64,000 nt of DNA, taken from a bacterium. Its GTDB lineage: Bacteria; Electryoneota; Electryoneia; Electryoneales; Electryoneaceae. The DNA is taken from the NCBI GenBank assembly GCA_963669175.1, contig OY769902.1, positions 3,584,001-3,648,000 on the forward strand, read 5' to 3'. A program made the position numbers and the translations under genes. Position 1 is the first letter of the stretch. The number at the start of each line of letters is the position of its first letter. This document shows, piece after piece, positions 9,727 through 20,363 of the stretch. The notes under the pieces are model-generated. The model was not told where the DNA came from. It did no database searches and saw nothing but the letters and a program-made list of their open reading frames with translations.

Positions 9727-10561
9727 ATTCCAGTGGTCTCGCCCAGAGTTCCATGGTCGGTGACATTACCAGTCTCCCACGACTGGCATTTTCTGTGAGA
9801 AATGCCGTCTTCTCCACCCCCTTTTTTACCGTGCGGATAACTTTCTCCTTCTTCCCCACACCGTAAGCATCGCCCTTGGTCAGAGCGCCATTGCGGACTT
9901 CAGAATTCATCCCGACTCTTCGGCTGAGAACATGCAGTGTCTTCGGCGTGTAGTTAAACGGGTGATAGACTGTCGGATCGGCCACGCCCAGTGATTTTCC
10001 GAACAGCTTCCATGCTCGTTCCACCATTCGAACAACCTGGTGTTGACGCACCCGCATAAATACCAGGCCGCCTCGTTTGATATATTTATGAAGCTTGACC
10101 AGCTCATCACGTGGGTGTTCGATCATCATAATGACATCCCAATAGGTAATAAAATCGAAGGCGCCAATATCATCGGGTAAATCTGAAACGACTCCCGCAT
10201 ACACATTCAACCCCTGCTTACGGGCGTGCTCAACCTGCCAGTCAACCGGTTCCACACCAACAGCATCCCATCCATGTTCCACTGCTGTCGCCAGGAAATC
10301 ACCGGTCCCGCATCCGACATCCAGCAATCTTCCTTTTCCGCCAAGACGCTTTGCAGCTTCATTCAGGATGGATTCATGCAGCGCACGCTTGCTCGCGGTG
10401 ACTGCCTCCGCAGGGTTATCACCTTTATAAAAACGTGTAGTTTCATCGAGTGTAGCCCGATCATGCTGCCAGACTAATCCGCATGTGGGGCATTCATGAA
10501 ATTCTGTGCGAGGTTTGTGAACCTTCGCGTTGGGATTATCGCAAACTGGACAACGACGCAT
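9725..10561 (-). CDS. Class I SAM-dependent methyltransferase with N-terminal Zn-binding CxxC motifs
   Basis: LLDVGCGTG SAM motif; CPVC and CPTC. Confidence 0.88.
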   Translation of the reverse strand: MRRCPVCDNPNAKVHKPRTEFHECPTCGLVWQHDRATLDETTRFYKGDNPAEAVTASKRALHESILNEAAKRLGGKGRLLDVGCGTGDFLATAVEHGWDAVGVEPVDWQVEHARKQGLNVYAGVVSDLPDDIGAFDFITYWDVIMMIEHPRDELVKLHKYIKRGGLVFMRVRQHQVVRMVERAWKLFGKSLGVADPTVYHPFNYTPKTLHVLSRRVGMNSEVRNGALTKGDAYGVGKKEKVIRTVKKGVEKTAFLTENASRGRLVMSPTMELWARPLE

Positions 10562-10595
10562 GGTGAATTCCCCCTACGATTCCTGACGGATGCCG

Positions 10596-11708
10596 CTATT
10601 TCCGTTGAACAAATCCGTCTTTGTCGACTTCCGGTTTCCACCCCGGCAGTTCTACAAGTTGATCAAGGAGTTTCTGTGCCTTGGCGGTCAATTTTTCGGG
10701 TATATGATACCTTATTCGTACCAGCAAATCACCGGTCTCACCTGAATCATTCTCGAAACCACGTCCCTTTACTTTCAGAACCTTCCCCTGCTTCAAGCCG
10801 GGTTGCAGGGTCAGGCGAACTTTGCCATTCTGGGTAGGAACAAAAACTTCACCGCCCTGGATAAGTTCTTTGATCGTTAACGGGTAATCATAGATCAGGT
10901 TATTGCCGCGTGCGCTGAAATAGGTGTTCTCTTCCACCTTGATCAGAACTTTCAGATCACCGGACGCCCCTCCCCCTGTGCCAGCGTTTCCCTGGGCACG
11001 TAAGGTCAGCGTGGTATCCGGCTTGGTGCCGGCCGGAATATCGATGGTAATTGCAGATTTGTCTTTCGCAACACCTTTTCCACCGCAATGCAGACAGCGT
11101 TCACGTACGACAACGCCTTTGCCTTTGCAATTGCGGCATGTTTCAAATACTGTCTTTCCGCCCTTGCTGGTTGGCACTTCGCCGATGCCAAGACAGATTT
11201 TACATTGTACAGGCTTGGTGCCCGGTTTCAAACCACTACCGGCACAAACGGGACAGATACGGTCCCGTTTGATCATAATTTTTTTCTTCACCCCGGAAGC
11301 CAGTTTTATGGCATCAACGGTCAATTCAACCTGCAAGTCATTGCCACGTCGTGGGGTATCCTTGACGGTCCTCGATGTATGAGTCGGCCCGAATCCCGTC
11401 TTGAACATATTTTTAAACATCTCGGAGAAGCTTGCACTACCCGCCTGTTTTTCACGGTTTCTGCGAGCCGCCTGAGCTTTCTGTTTCGCTTCTTCCTGTT
11501 GATTGATCAGGATTCTTCTGGAAGGATCGGACAGAATGCGATAAGCTTCCGAGATGCGTTTAAATCGTTCTTCTGCGGCAGGATCACCCTGGTTGAGATC
11601 CGGATGGTACTTCTTGGCCAGACGTCGATAAGCCTCCTGTATCTGTTCAGGAGACGCATCCGGTTGAACCCCGAGTTCGCTGTAGTAGCTTCTGTCTTTC
11701 AAGTTCAC
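10596..11708 (-). CDS. dnaJ: DnaJ-family chaperone
   Basis: J-domain with HPD, four CxxCxGxG zinc-finger repeats, C-terminal domain; not adjacent to dnaK, so possibly a paralog. Confidence 0.85.
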   Translation of the reverse strand: MNLKDRSYYSELGVQPDASPEQIQEAYRRLAKKYHPDLNQGDPAAEERFKRISEAYRILSDPSRRILINQQEEAKQKAQAARRNREKQAGSASFSEMFKNMFKTGFGPTHTSRTVKDTPRRGNDLQVELTVDAIKLASGVKKKIMIKRDRICPVCAGSGLKPGTKPVQCKICLGIGEVPTSKGGKTVFETCRNCKGKGVVVRERCLHCGGKGVAKDKSAITIDIPAGTKPDTTLTLRAQGNAGTGGGASGDLKVLIKVEENTYFSARGNNLIYDYPLTIKELIQGGEVFVPTQNGKVRLTLQPGLKQGKVLKVKGRGFENDSGETGDLLVRIRYHIPEKLTAKAQKLLDQLVELPGWKPEVDKDGFVQRK

Positions 11709-11887
11709 AATCCCTGCACCCGCATTAGAACTTACCGCGAAGCAATATACCCTCTCAAAACTGAAGATACTACTGGATCACCTGTTTCCCATACGTGAAA
11801 AACAGGAAACAACAGCGGGAAGGGCAACCTAAAAAGCGGATAACCACTTTCGCAGTTATCCGCTTAATAATGTGCGTTTGCTATGAG

Positions 11888-14800
11888 TTACTTCAGAAGG
11901 ACTACCTTCCGTGTCTGGTTGATCGGTCCAGCCTGGAAATGAATGAAGTAGACACCGCTGGCCATATCGGCAGCGTTGAAATAAATCTCGTGACTTCCCG
12001 CAGTATACTGGCGATTTGAAAGCATGCCAACCTGCTGTCCGACTACATTATAGATCGCAGCCCGGACGTTTGTAGTATGTGGCAGGGTAAACGGAACAAT
12101 CAGTTCAGCGTTGAACGGGTTCGGATAAGGATTCGCCAGTTCCCACGTCAACGGTTGTTCCACCCCATGCTCATCAATCACCTGATCATCAATGGTAAGA
12201 CTGACTTCAACAAGGTTATCTGTATACTCACAGGCGTTATTATCAATTTGCAGGAACACGGTATAGGTAGCATCATCGATCATGTGCGCTCCAGCCAGGG
12301 AAACCTGGATTTCTGCGGTTGAATCCGGCGCCAGTTCACCTGTTGCATCCGCAATAGTAATCCATGGGATATTATCACCCAGGGACCACATCCGCAGGTA
12401 CTGTGTATCCGCATCATCGTAAATGGTTGCATACATCCATACCAAAGGATTCCACCATCCCTCAATCAATCCACCACGTGGGGTAAATCCACTGGTTTCT
12501 TCGGTCAATTCATATACTTCTTCCGCATTGCCATTATCAGGATTCATTTTCACGAAAGTGATCACTGAATCCCCGGTATCCCTGCAGATGAACATCAAGT
12601 TGTAGCCATCCGCGTCATTTGGGTTCCATGCGCCGCCACGAGGGGCAAATGTCCGCGTATGTGTAAAAGCAGTCTCACCATTGCGAGCAATTCCGCGCAC
12701 ATGCGTGGATACATCGCCCATCCAGAACAGGTCACCAACGGGATCATAAATCAGGTACCGGGCAGCTAATACCGGGACTTCCCAGGAATTGACAACCTCG
12801 ACATTCTCGCCGTTTACCTGCATTTGGAAAATGATGCCGGAATCAACACCGTACAGGTATTCTCCATCCCATGTCAGATCCTGGAAACCGATAGCGGAAC
12901 GGTTCGCTTCCGGAACAGGCTGTTCCGTCTCGAACAACAGTGCGCCTTGTGAATCGAACTTGTACAGGAGGTTTGCTTCATTTGCATTATCCGGGTTCGA
13001 TCCGCTGACCCAGAAGCCGCTTCCATCCCAGGTTAAACCGTAAAAATGCTCGGTTTCAGGAATCAATCGTTTACTGAATACGCATTCCCACAGATCATCA
13101 AGATCATCGCCTTCACCGAAAACTGGACCACGTCCATTGACCAGTTCGTCGGGCGGTTGGAATAAAATATGCGCATTATACGAAAGCGTACCATTACCCG
13201 TATTTGTGAAACTGACCGGAATAGTAACCTGGTCATTTTTAGCCAGAACTGTTTCAACCAGATCAGTATCCAGTTCAAGCTCGGGATGTGTCATGCCAAC
13301 ATCAACAAGAATTGGTTCTGCACTAACTTCGATCATCGTTGATGTGGCCTCGTTGTAACAATCGGCCGAAGCTTCAATCCAGTATTGCCCAGGCGGTACG
13401 TTCGTAAACATGTATTCGCCATTAGCATCCGAAAAGGTAAGCATGTTCAGCGGCAGGAGTCGCAGTTCCACATTCTCGATAACCTCATCTTCATCCTCAA
13501 CCTGGTATACTGTACCAGCGACACTGCCATATACTGAAGCAATTGTCGTGATGAAGATCGCGGAATTGGAGCCCATATTATGCATGGTTGTCGGACCGTC
13601 ATAATAGAATGCCAATTCCAGCCCATCGGACTGGGTATGGTTTTCAATGCCTGTCGTCCACCATAAAATATCCGCGCTGGTACCTGATGTGGCCCCAGAG
13701 GTATGATTCATCGACTCATACTGGAACATGATCTGGTTGTCATTGGTCGCAGTCGGATACGAATCCGTGTCGTAGAAAATCACCTCAAATGTACAGGGAT
13801 TGTTTCCCAGGTAGTCACGAACCCGATACCACTCAATGATATAGCGTCCACTGTCTTCATCGTAGTAATGGAATACTCCGCCCCCGTTGGACAGTACACG
13901 TTCATCCCAGTACGGCGCAACAATCGCGTCGGGCCCAAGCGGCGAAGGAATGTTGTAGTTTCGGCTTACCGGCACATCTGCCTGGCCCCCCATAGCAACC
14001 CATCCATTACTGCAAATAGTCATCACGTCGTATGACAAGCCATAGTACTGGATATCAAACGGCAGATCTACAACAACGGCATCGTCCTGGTTGTCGCCAT
14101 AGTCTGACAATGCCAGGTTTGTTCCTGTGTAGTCATTATTCTGCGCAGCGGGATTGATCTCAATCCAATCGAAATCCGGCGCAAGATCATACCCCGTATC
14201 TGAGCTTTCAAAAGCCCAGTAGCCGTAATTATCCGGGCCGGTCGGATCGTTACTCCCGGGATTACCCAGCGCAATCGTAAAATACACGGAATCGGAAAAA
14301 CCTTCGTTCGTTTCAAAGTACAACATCATGGGTGACTCGAAGCCTTCATAGGCGTCCTCAGCAACGCTGACTTCGAAGTTACCGCTGGAATAACTCCCGA
14401 CAGGAATATTCTGGAATGTTGCAGTGGGGTCTGTTACGGTTACCCAACTATTCAAACTGACAAGACTTCCGGTCGCATTTCCGGTATTGTCACTTCCTTC
14501 ATTCCTTATGTAGAGTGCGAAATCCTGTGTATCTCCCGGATCCACAACTCCAGCATCGTGCATCATGAATTTCATATCAGGCGCAGCAAGAGTAAAACGT
14601 CTGACATCTTCAATATCCGCCTGGTCAGCATCGATATCAAACATGACGGCAGAAACCCACTCATTCCGCGCGTCTCCCTCTACCTCGAACAGTAAGTAGC
14701 CTGCCGCAATAACCGAACTGTGTGAACCAAGTGTGGCTATGGTTGCTGTTCCACCCTGGGGTGTCAGGAAAGCATCATCACTATCAGCAGTGATGGAAAG

Positions 14801-16930
14801 ATTGGTAAAGCTGGTATTGGAATAGTTATGCAATTGCACTTGCATGGCAACCGTTTCACCGGCATCCAAGACACCATCACCATCCCCGGAACTGCCATTC
14901 TGTCCGTTATCAAAGATGGTCACATTTTGTACATGCACATTGTTGTTTTGCAGGCCATAATTCACTGTCAGTCTGAATGGTTCGTATCCCTGGGCGGTAA
15001 CCGTCAGGATAGCGTCCCCTTCCTCGTCAATCGGCGTGTCGAGGATGGCGTATCCGCTGGCATCAGTTTCACCACGCGCAATGAAATCAAGGTTTTCGTT
15101 GTTGTCTTCTTTATAGAAGGTAACCCACGCATCTTTTACTGGATGACCGCCATCATCACGAACAGTAACCTCATAGGCTGTCGTACCTTCATTGATGGAA
15201 CTGGCGGCCGTGACATCCAATTCCTGCGGAACACCAATCCAGGTCCAGACAGTTGGATCCCCCATCAGATTATACCATTCAACAAAGTTATCAAGACTGG
15301 CATCATTACCGTCAAAACACTGATGCATGTAATACTGTGAGGCATAGTAATGGTCACCCAACTGGCGATTCTGCATGACAAACATGCTATAGGCAGCGCC
15401 ACCGCTACAAACATTGTTGAATCGTGGTTTTGTGTACCCCGTGGCGGTCCCCATCGCACCGATACCACCACGCGGAATGCTCGCTGTACCGGCACGTATG
15501 TATGCTTCCGTGATCGCATAATGTGAATGCCAGGTACCTGTATAGCAGGTTACATCGATCACAACCGGTGTCTTATAGTCATTCTGGAGATCTTCAATCT
15601 GTTCTGTACTAAGGCCGCAGTTGATGAAACCACGGCAACCATAAAAACTGACACCTTCATTAATTCGCTGAATACTGCGATTGTTAACATTGCCGCTTCC
15701 CCACGGGGAAACCCAGGCTGTGTCAACCTGTGTATATCCCGCTTGCAGCATGATCCTTCTCTGGTATCGGCCAGTATACACGGTCCCGATGCCGGATTCG
15801 TTCGAAGCCACGGCAATCTGGGCACGTGTATACCATTCCGTGTCGTCATCCATATAGGGATCACGTTCGTAACAGATCACTTTGTTTACGTAAGTCGCAA
15901 GCTCAACAACTGTTTCAACGCTGATACGTCCGATGCCGCAATCAATCATAATGTCATCACCAGACAGACAGGCATACATATAGTCGCCATACCCCTCTGA
16001 AGGTGGTACACGCCAGTTATAGTTTGTCGCATCACCTACAATAACGATATAGTCAAACTTCTCTTCGCTATTATCCCAGCGAGTCTGTAGTACCTCTTTA
16101 ATCGTATAGGCGCTTCCCATATAAGCATTGTCATCACTCAATACATCAATTTCCCACCCTTTCTGCATTTTCCATTCAATCCAGTCCTCCATATATTCTT
16201 CAATGGTATCGTTGTTTCGCATAACCAGTTGCACCGAGCCACGATACAGCTCGTACTGGTCAAGTTCGTCTTCGTCCCAGTCAAGCAAAAGCCTGTAAAA
16301 AGGCAGGAAGTTCTTACTCAGTTTGGTCGGCCATTGGGGAATTGTATTCCGGTTATCTGTTCCTTCGTAACGGATATCCACATCAAGATTGTGGTATACC
16401 CGCACTTCGCGCCGGGCAGGATTTACCTGGACTGGATATGTCACCAGGTTACACACACGGAAAGCACGCATGACAGCAGGTTCTGTCGTTTCAGCAAGTT
16501 GTCCCGGGAACCAGGCATCAACTGGTTCGGTCAATTCCAGTAATTCGTCCAGGGCGCCGGCGCCGGCAAAAGCTGCGTATTCCACGTCGGTGAAAGTCTC
16601 ATATTCGGCATTGAGGACTTCAACAACAACCCCCGCATTGGGTGGGATTCGGAATAGGTTCCCTACACGCGGAACAACCGGCATACCAGGCTCTTCAATA
16701 GCGCCAGTATTAAAGAATTCAGCAATTGCCAGTTGATCGGAAACGCCCGCAGAATTCCACATTGGACTTTCGACAGCCAGGCTAAAGCGCATACCGTCAG
16801 CTCGCACCTGTTTTTCAAGCACTTTAACGGGGGACGCCTGTTGCGCTGCTAGGTTTTGACTGGCTATCGTCTGTACGGGGATAATGAACAGCAGGATCAG
16901 AAGAATCGGGACTAATGCATAGGTTCTCAT
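11888..16930 (-). CDS. Large secreted C25 (gingipain-like) peptidase-family protein with Ig-like/propeller domains and T9SS-like C-terminal domain
   Basis: Signal peptide; propeptide; WKMQKGW, YIVIVGD, IGRIS, YERDP, DVTC and NLMGDP motifs; C-terminal YPNPFN...ASGVYF...KVVLLK. Confidence 0.85.
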   Translation of the reverse strand: MRTYALVPILLILLFIIPVQTIASQNLAAQQASPVKVLEKQVRADGMRFSLAVESPMWNSAGVSDQLAIAEFFNTGAIEEPGMPVVPRVGNLFRIPPNAGVVVEVLNAEYETFTDVEYAAFAGAGALDELLELTEPVDAWFPGQLAETTEPAVMRAFRVCNLVTYPVQVNPARREVRVYHNLDVDIRYEGTDNRNTIPQWPTKLSKNFLPFYRLLLDWDEDELDQYELYRGSVQLVMRNNDTIEEYMEDWIEWKMQKGWEIDVLSDDNAYMGSAYTIKEVLQTRWDNSEEKFDYIVIVGDATNYNWRVPPSEGYGDYMYACLSGDDIMIDCGIGRISVETVVELATYVNKVICYERDPYMDDDTEWYTRAQIAVASNESGIGTVYTGRYQRRIMLQAGYTQVDTAWVSPWGSGNVNNRSIQRINEGVSFYGCRGFINCGLSTEQIEDLQNDYKTPVVIDVTCYTGTWHSHYAITEAYIRAGTASIPRGGIGAMGTATGYTKPRFNNVCSGGAAYSMFVMQNRQLGDHYYASQYYMHQCFDGNDASLDNFVEWYNLMGDPTVWTWIGVPQELDVTAASSINEGTTAYEVTVRDDGGHPVKDAWVTFYKEDNNENLDFIARGETDASGYAILDTPIDEEGDAILTVTAQGYEPFRLTVNYGLQNNNVHVQNVTIFDNGQNGSSGDGDGVLDAGETVAMQVQLHNYSNTSFTNLSITADSDDAFLTPQGGTATIATLGSHSSVIAAGYLLFEVEGDARNEWVSAVMFDIDADQADIEDVRRFTLAAPDMKFMMHDAGVVDPGDTQDFALYIRNEGSDNTGNATGSLVSLNSWVTVTDPTATFQNIPVGSYSSGNFEVSVAEDAYEGFESPMMLYFETNEGFSDSVYFTIALGNPGSNDPTGPDNYGYWAFESSDTGYDLAPDFDWIEINPAAQNNDYTGTNLALSDYGDNQDDAVVVDLPFDIQYYGLSYDVMTICSNGWVAMGGQADVPVSRNYNIPSPLGPDAIVAPYWDERVLSNGGGVFHYYDEDSGRYIIEWYRVRDYLGNNPCTFEVIFYDTDSYPTATNDNQIMFQYESMNHTSGATSGTSADILWWTTGIENHTQSDGLELAFYYDGPTTMHNMGSNSAIFITTIASVYGSVAGTVYQVEDEDEVIENVELRLLPLNMLTFSDANGEYMFTNVPPGQYWIEASADCYNEATSTMIEVSAEPILVDVGMTHPELELDTDLVETVLAKNDQVTIPVSFTNTGNGTLSYNAHILFQPPDELVNGRGPVFGEGDDLDDLWECVFSKRLIPETEHFYGLTWDGSGFWVSGSNPDNANEANLLYKFDSQGALLFETEQPVPEANRSAIGFQDLTWDGEYLYGVDSGIIFQMQVNGENVEVVNSWEVPVLAARYLIYDPVGDLFWMGDVSTHVRGIARNGETAFTHTRTFAPRGGAWNPNDADGYNLMFICRDTGDSVITFVKMNPDNGNAEEVYELTEETSGFTPRGGLIEGWWNPLVWMYATIYDDADTQYLRMWSLGDNIPWITIADATGELAPDSTAEIQVSLAGAHMIDDATYTVFLQIDNNACEYTDNLVEVSLTIDDQVIDEHGVEQPLTWELANPYPNPFNAELIVPFTLPHTTNVRAAIYNVVGQQVGMLSNRQYTAGSHEIYFNAADMASGVYFIHFQAGPINQTRKVVLLK

Positions 16931-17190
16931 CTTGTCTCCCTTTAGCAAGCAAACCGTGCTACCGACGTTGGTATCGCAGAGCTTTTAGAACTTGGATATT
17001 GTAGAAGGAAGCGTCAGTCACCTGAGGATTGTCAGGTTTAACTGGCTCAACACCTCAAACTTTATCAAACTATAAAAAAAAAAAACAACATTTCAATCCT
17101 GAAAAGGAAAAAAGTGATTATTTTCATGTTCATGGAGACGGTTCAATACGACTGGGAAAAAGCGCTGACATGAACAGACAAGGTGAGAAG

Positions 17191-18231
17191 ATGCCCCTGA
17201 TACAAGAGATGGCACAAGCATACATTTCTTCACCAATAGAGAAGATTCACCATCTCAAAGGCGATGCATCTGCGAGACAAATATACCGTATTCAATGGGA
17301 CAACGAAACCTGCATAGGCGTCGAAGGCCCGAACGTATTGGAAAACAAGGCATTTCTTGGATTTTCCGCCACCTTCTCCAAGCTGGGATTGCCTGTCCCA
17401 ACAGTATTCTACATTGAACCTGAACAACGCGGTTACCTGCTTGAAGACCTCGGTGATCAAACTCTGTTTCAGCTTTTAGTAGAACAACGTGAAGCTAATC
17501 GAGGGACTTTTCCCGAAGAGACACTCCTCCCATACTATACTCAAGCCGTGGAACACCTTGTAGAGTTCCAATTGAGAAGCGCAGCGCACCTTGACTATTC
17601 CCTTTGCTATCAAACCGACTCCTTCACTCATGTTGCCTGGCAAAAAGACTGGGAGTATTTCCTCGAATATTTTGTTCATGGGCTATTCCCGGAAGTGTTC
17701 CCGGAAGACGCTTTCGCCAGGGAATTTTATAGGCTCAAAATTCTGCTTGAGAAGAATCCGGCAGAGTGGTTCCTTTACAGAGATTTCCAGTCCAGAAATA
17801 TTATGAAGACGGAGAAAGGATTACGTTTTATCGACTACCAATCAGGAAGACGTGGAGCAGTGTCATATGACATCGCCAGCCTGCTTGTTGACGCACGTGC
17901 CGATATTCCTTTCGATACCAGGGAGAAGTTGTTGGCCTGCCATTCTGAGCTGATCGCGGCTGAAACAGCATTATCAAAGCAATTTCTGGAAGAATCATAT
18001 GCCCCCTTCGCACTGATGCGTGTCTTGCAGGCACTCGGCAGTTACGGTAATAATGGTATACGACGTGGCCATACTGAACATATCCATTCCATTCCGTTGG
18101 GAATTCGGAACGCACTTCAACTCCTGGATCGAGATTCTGAATTGTCAACATTTCAGAATCTGCGTACCCTGTTCCTGAAAGCAATCGATGAACACCCCTG
18201 GGAAGTCTATCTTCAAGAAGGAAACAAGTGA
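17191..18231 (+). CDS. amgK: AmgK-like sugar phosphotransferase (APH family)
   Basis: LKGDASARQIYR, LEDLGD, YRDFQSRNIM, IDYQ, YDIASLL motifs; adjacent to MurU-like gene; start uncertain. Confidence 0.8.
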   Translation: MPLIQEMAQAYISSPIEKIHHLKGDASARQIYRIQWDNETCIGVEGPNVLENKAFLGFSATFSKLGLPVPTVFYIEPEQRGYLLEDLGDQTLFQLLVEQREANRGTFPEETLLPYYTQAVEHLVEFQLRSAAHLDYSLCYQTDSFTHVAWQKDWEYFLEYFVHGLFPEVFPEDAFAREFYRLKILLEKNPAEWFLYRDFQSRNIMKTEKGLRFIDYQSGRRGAVSYDIASLLVDARADIPFDTREKLLACHSELIAAETALSKQFLEESYAPFALMRVLQALGSYGNNGIRRGHTEHIHSIPLGIRNALQLLDRDSELSTFQNLRTLFLKAIDEHPWEVYLQEGNK

Positions 18232-19382
18232 TGGCGAACGATTTCCTGATCCGAGTGTACAGCTTCAGTTACCGTCTGTCCGGTCCACCTTATGACGTTA
18301 CCGAAAACGGCGGCGGGTTTGTTTTTGATTGCCGCGGCCTGCCAAATCCGGGCCGTGACCCTCATCTCGCGACGTTGACCGGGCTCGATACTGAAGTTAT
18401 CACGATGCTATCTTCGTATGACTCGGTGGAAGAATTCGTGAATACCGCCATCAGCCTGATCAGCGTCAACGCCGCTTCCTACACAGAACGCCATTTCTCT
18501 GACTTACAGGTATCCTTCGGGTGTACCGGCGGCAGGCACAGAAGTGTGTACTGTGCAGAGCTGGCAGCAAACAAATTACGTTCGCTGGGCTACCAGGTAG
18601 TATTGTGTCATTGGCAGATGGAACAGGAAGCGCCAGAAACTGCAGATAAAAAACGTGCCATGATTCTGGCAGCCGGGCTTGGAACCCGATTAGCCCCGTT
18701 GACAGATTCAACTCCCAAAGCGCTTGTTCAAGCCGGCAACATGCGGATGCTGGACTGGACCATCAAATCCATAGCTAAAGCAGGTTTCAATGGTATCACC
18801 ATCAACACCCACCATTTTCCGGAACAGATGCGTAAGGCGATAAAGGAACACATGTCAGCAACGCCTGCAACAACATTTCATATCAGCAAAGAAGAATCCT
18901 TACTGGGAACCGGTGGTGGCTTGAGGAACGCCGCACGTTTTCTGTTTTGTCCGTCACCTGTATTGGTCCACAATGTTGATATCTGGAGCAACTTCGACTT
19001 ACAGGCGTTATATGACCAGCATACCCCCACCGCCCTGGCAACACTAGCAGTACAGGAACGAACTTCATCACGCTATCTGCTTGTGGATGAGAAGTCGAAC
19101 ATATGCGGACGGTCTATCCATGGTGAAGTGCAGCTATGTTGCGAACCTACAGGGCGACTGACAGGTTTGGGCTATAGCGGGATCATGGTTGCGTCACCGG
19201 AACTACTCGCATTGAAGGCGGATACATTCGGTGAATCAATTATCGATTTCCTGCTTGACCGAATCAGCATGGGTGATCAGGTAAAAGCATGTAACATGCA
19301 AGGTAACTGGTTTGATATCGGCACGGTAGTAAAGCTGGAACGATTGCAGAGATTTCTTTCAACTTCGCGCATCACACAATGA
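18228..19382 (+). CDS. Fusion of RapZ-like C-terminal domain and MurU-like nucleotidyltransferase
   Basis: N-terminal SFSY, FDCRGLPNP, FGCTGGRHRSV; C-terminal AMILAAGLGTRL.PLTD..PKAL and LGTGGG. Confidence 0.85.
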   Translation: MMANDFLIRVYSFSYRLSGPPYDVTENGGGFVFDCRGLPNPGRDPHLATLTGLDTEVITMLSSYDSVEEFVNTAISLISVNAASYTERHFSDLQVSFGCTGGRHRSVYCAELAANKLRSLGYQVVLCHWQMEQEAPETADKKRAMILAAGLGTRLAPLTDSTPKALVQAGNMRMLDWTIKSIAKAGFNGITINTHHFPEQMRKAIKEHMSATPATTFHISKEESLLGTGGGLRNAARFLFCPSPVLVHNVDIWSNFDLQALYDQHTPTALATLAVQERTSSRYLLVDEKSNICGRSIHGEVQLCCEPTGRLTGLGYSGIMVASPELLALKADTFGESIIDFLLDRISMGDQVKACNMQGNWFDIGTVVKLERLQRFLSTSRITQ

Positions 19383-19391
19383 CGAAGAAGC

Positions 19392-20276
19392 TTAATGAGC
19401 CCGTTTTCGCAATAGTCTTTGTACCCGGGCAGACAGTTCATCCGGGCTGTGTGGTTTTACCACATAGTCATCGGCGCCATGTTTGAACGCTTTTACAATA
19501 TCGCCATCTCCCCCCAGGCTGGTCATCATAATAATCGGAACATTCTTGTAAGTATCCATCTTTCGAAGTTCCTGCAAGACCTCGAAACCGTTCTTGCCCG
19601 GCATTTTCACATCCAGTACAACCAGTGCATATTCCTTTTCCTGTGCCGCTTCCAATGCCGAGAGACCATCCATTACCCGGACAACATGCAAGCCGTCTTT
19701 GGCAAGGTTGTGTTCAACCATGGATCCGACCAGTTCATCATCCTCTGCCAGCAGAATTTCCGTTTCGTATTCAGTATGCATCGACCCCAGCGTAACAATC
19801 TTGTCTACCTGAAACTGAAGGATATCCTCCATTTCCTTCAAAGCCACCTGAACAGCTTGCTGGAGAGTAGTTTCATAGGGGACGGATAATACTCCACCTG
19901 TCAGCGATGTCCTGAATGGTTTTTCTCCCTTTGGACGGAAACGCACCCGCTTGAATTCCGTATGGGCTGCATCCAGTAGATTATTCACTTCGAACTGTCG
20001 CAGATGCGAGCTGATAATAACCAGCTTTGGCCCAGCCCAAATACCGATAAATGCCTTATCACCTAGCCTGCGTTTGATTAGTTTCGCTGCGTGCAACAAC
20101 ACTGCATCTGCTATCTTTTTCCTATATTTGTCAACTATCTTCTCAAAGTGGTTTACAAAAAGAACACTTACGCACCGCATCTCATCCATGGTCGCAGCAG
20201 TGCGTACATTCTCCCATTTTTCAACCAGTTCGGAAGTGTTCAACGCAATGACATCCGTTTTAAAATCCTTGTCCAT
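19392..20276 (-). CDS. Response regulator: degenerate GGDEF-like N-terminus plus C-terminal receiver domain
   Basis: LLAEDD, LDVKMP, MMTS, GADDYVVKP receiver motifs; N-terminal region resembles GGDEF but lacks the active-site motif. Confidence 0.8.
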   Translation of the reverse strand: MDKDFKTDVIALNTSELVEKWENVRTAATMDEMRCVSVLFVNHFEKIVDKYRKKIADAVLLHAAKLIKRRLGDKAFIGIWAGPKLVIISSHLRQFEVNNLLDAAHTEFKRVRFRPKGEKPFRTSLTGGVLSVPYETTLQQAVQVALKEMEDILQFQVDKIVTLGSMHTEYETEILLAEDDELVGSMVEHNLAKDGLHVVRVMDGLSALEAAQEKEYALVVLDVKMPGKNGFEVLQELRKMDTYKNVPIIMMTSLGGDGDIVKAFKHGADDYVVKPHSPDELSARVQRLLRKRAH

Positions 20277-20363
20277 CGTTGTGCCTCAGCGTAAGCGACA
20301 GAAATTTGGGTGACTGAAAGTGAAGATACATCTTTTCAGCGAGTAACACATACAGGAAATATA

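Noticed and set aside
17074-17085. A12 tract as a phase-variation switch in amgK
   Set aside because: Lies upstream of the likely start at 17191, in the divergent intergenic region; no evidence of variability
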